Positions 63,301 through 64,000 of a stretch of 64,000 nucleotides of DNA are shown one piece after another; the first letter of the stretch is position 1; the number at the start of each line of letters is the position of its first letter. This DNA is from Tubiluchus corallicola (lineage: Eukaryota; Animalia; Priapulida): contig JAQGDQ010000467.1 in assembly GCA_030141605.1 (NCBI GenBank), forward strand, positions 114,579-178,578, in the 5' to 3' direction. The notes beneath the pieces were generated by a model that saw only the letters and a program-made list of their open reading frames with translations, was not told where the DNA came from and did not search any database. Made by a program: the position numbers and the translations under genes.

Positions 63301-63414
63301 GTAAGTATAAAAATTAAGCTATGAACGTGGAACGATTAAAGCTATTATGGGTAAACAAATTTTTGATTTGCAAAGATGGGTTGCCTATAAGTAGTGGAAA
63401 TGTTTATAAAAACT

Positions 63415-63770
63415 TGCTTCTGTGGAATTGCATTTTTGCTTTGGTTGATTTTTGTTTGATGTTATTTTTTGCTCTACATTGAATTTCTTTAATTTTTTGC
63501 TTGATGTTATTCCTTGTTATGCTTTGAATTGCATTTCTGCTTTGAATTGATTTTTGTTGCTTTTGCTTTTTATATACACAAACACTTAAAAATGTCACGA
63601 GCCTGTGAGTAAACTTGTATTTTTAATAAGGGGCAGCTGACCAAGTGACCAATGGGTCTTTCGCTGCTCCTTCTCAGCTGCAATGAAATGTAAAAATAAT
63701 TATGACAAATTTTAACTGCTATTGAGAAAATAAAAATTGAATTGAATTGAAAAAAATTGAATTGAATTCT
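63415..63770 (+). mobile_element. Retroelement-like 3' fragment (stem-loop, AATAAA, (AATTG)n tail)
   Basis: Inverted homologue of 6395-6750; hairpin at 63630-63670. Confidence 0.6.
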
Positions 63771-64000
63771 GGGCTACTGGAAAGGACAGTCTTTTGGCAC
63801 AATTTATGTGCACTATGTTGTGGAAAAGTTTGTGTACATTGAGTTTTAATGTACATAGTTATCTTGCTTCTTGGTGTAGTTTCTGTGTTTTCACACTGTG
63901 ACAGCTTCAATATATTATTATTATGAGTTTATTTCATATAAAAATATACAGTTTACAAAGACAAAGATGTTAGCAAAATAGGTAATGCGATATTAGTAAA

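Overview
AT-rich, intron-rich animal (invertebrate-type) genomic DNA, not prokaryotic; the species cannot be told from the sequence. Three spliced + strand genes can be built by hand from GT-AG junctions. (1) 9494-26594: a six-exon gene for a predicted secreted protein of about 3,320 aa with five 'eight-Cys cap + LRR + LRRCT' modules and a roughly 1,900-aa Thr/Ser/Met-rich mucin-like spacer. (2) 33987-49777: F-actin capping protein alpha, 8 exons, 289 aa. (3) 58226 to past the window end: the first three exons of a CCDC146-like coiled-coil gene. The rest is repeats: a near-intact RTE LINE (53993-56983, minus), many MITEs with readable TIRs and TSDs (hAT-, piggyBac-, Merlin- and pogo-like), a decayed 5S rRNA copy, minisatellites, and LINE-like 3' ends that share a covarying stem-loop. 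The best novelty candidate is the modular LRR-mucin gene, with symmetric phase-1 cassette exons and patchwork homogenisation. It lies between two ~850-bp inverted composite repeats whose outer ends are TTAA-flanked piggyBac-type termini. All alignments were done by eye; no database search was run.
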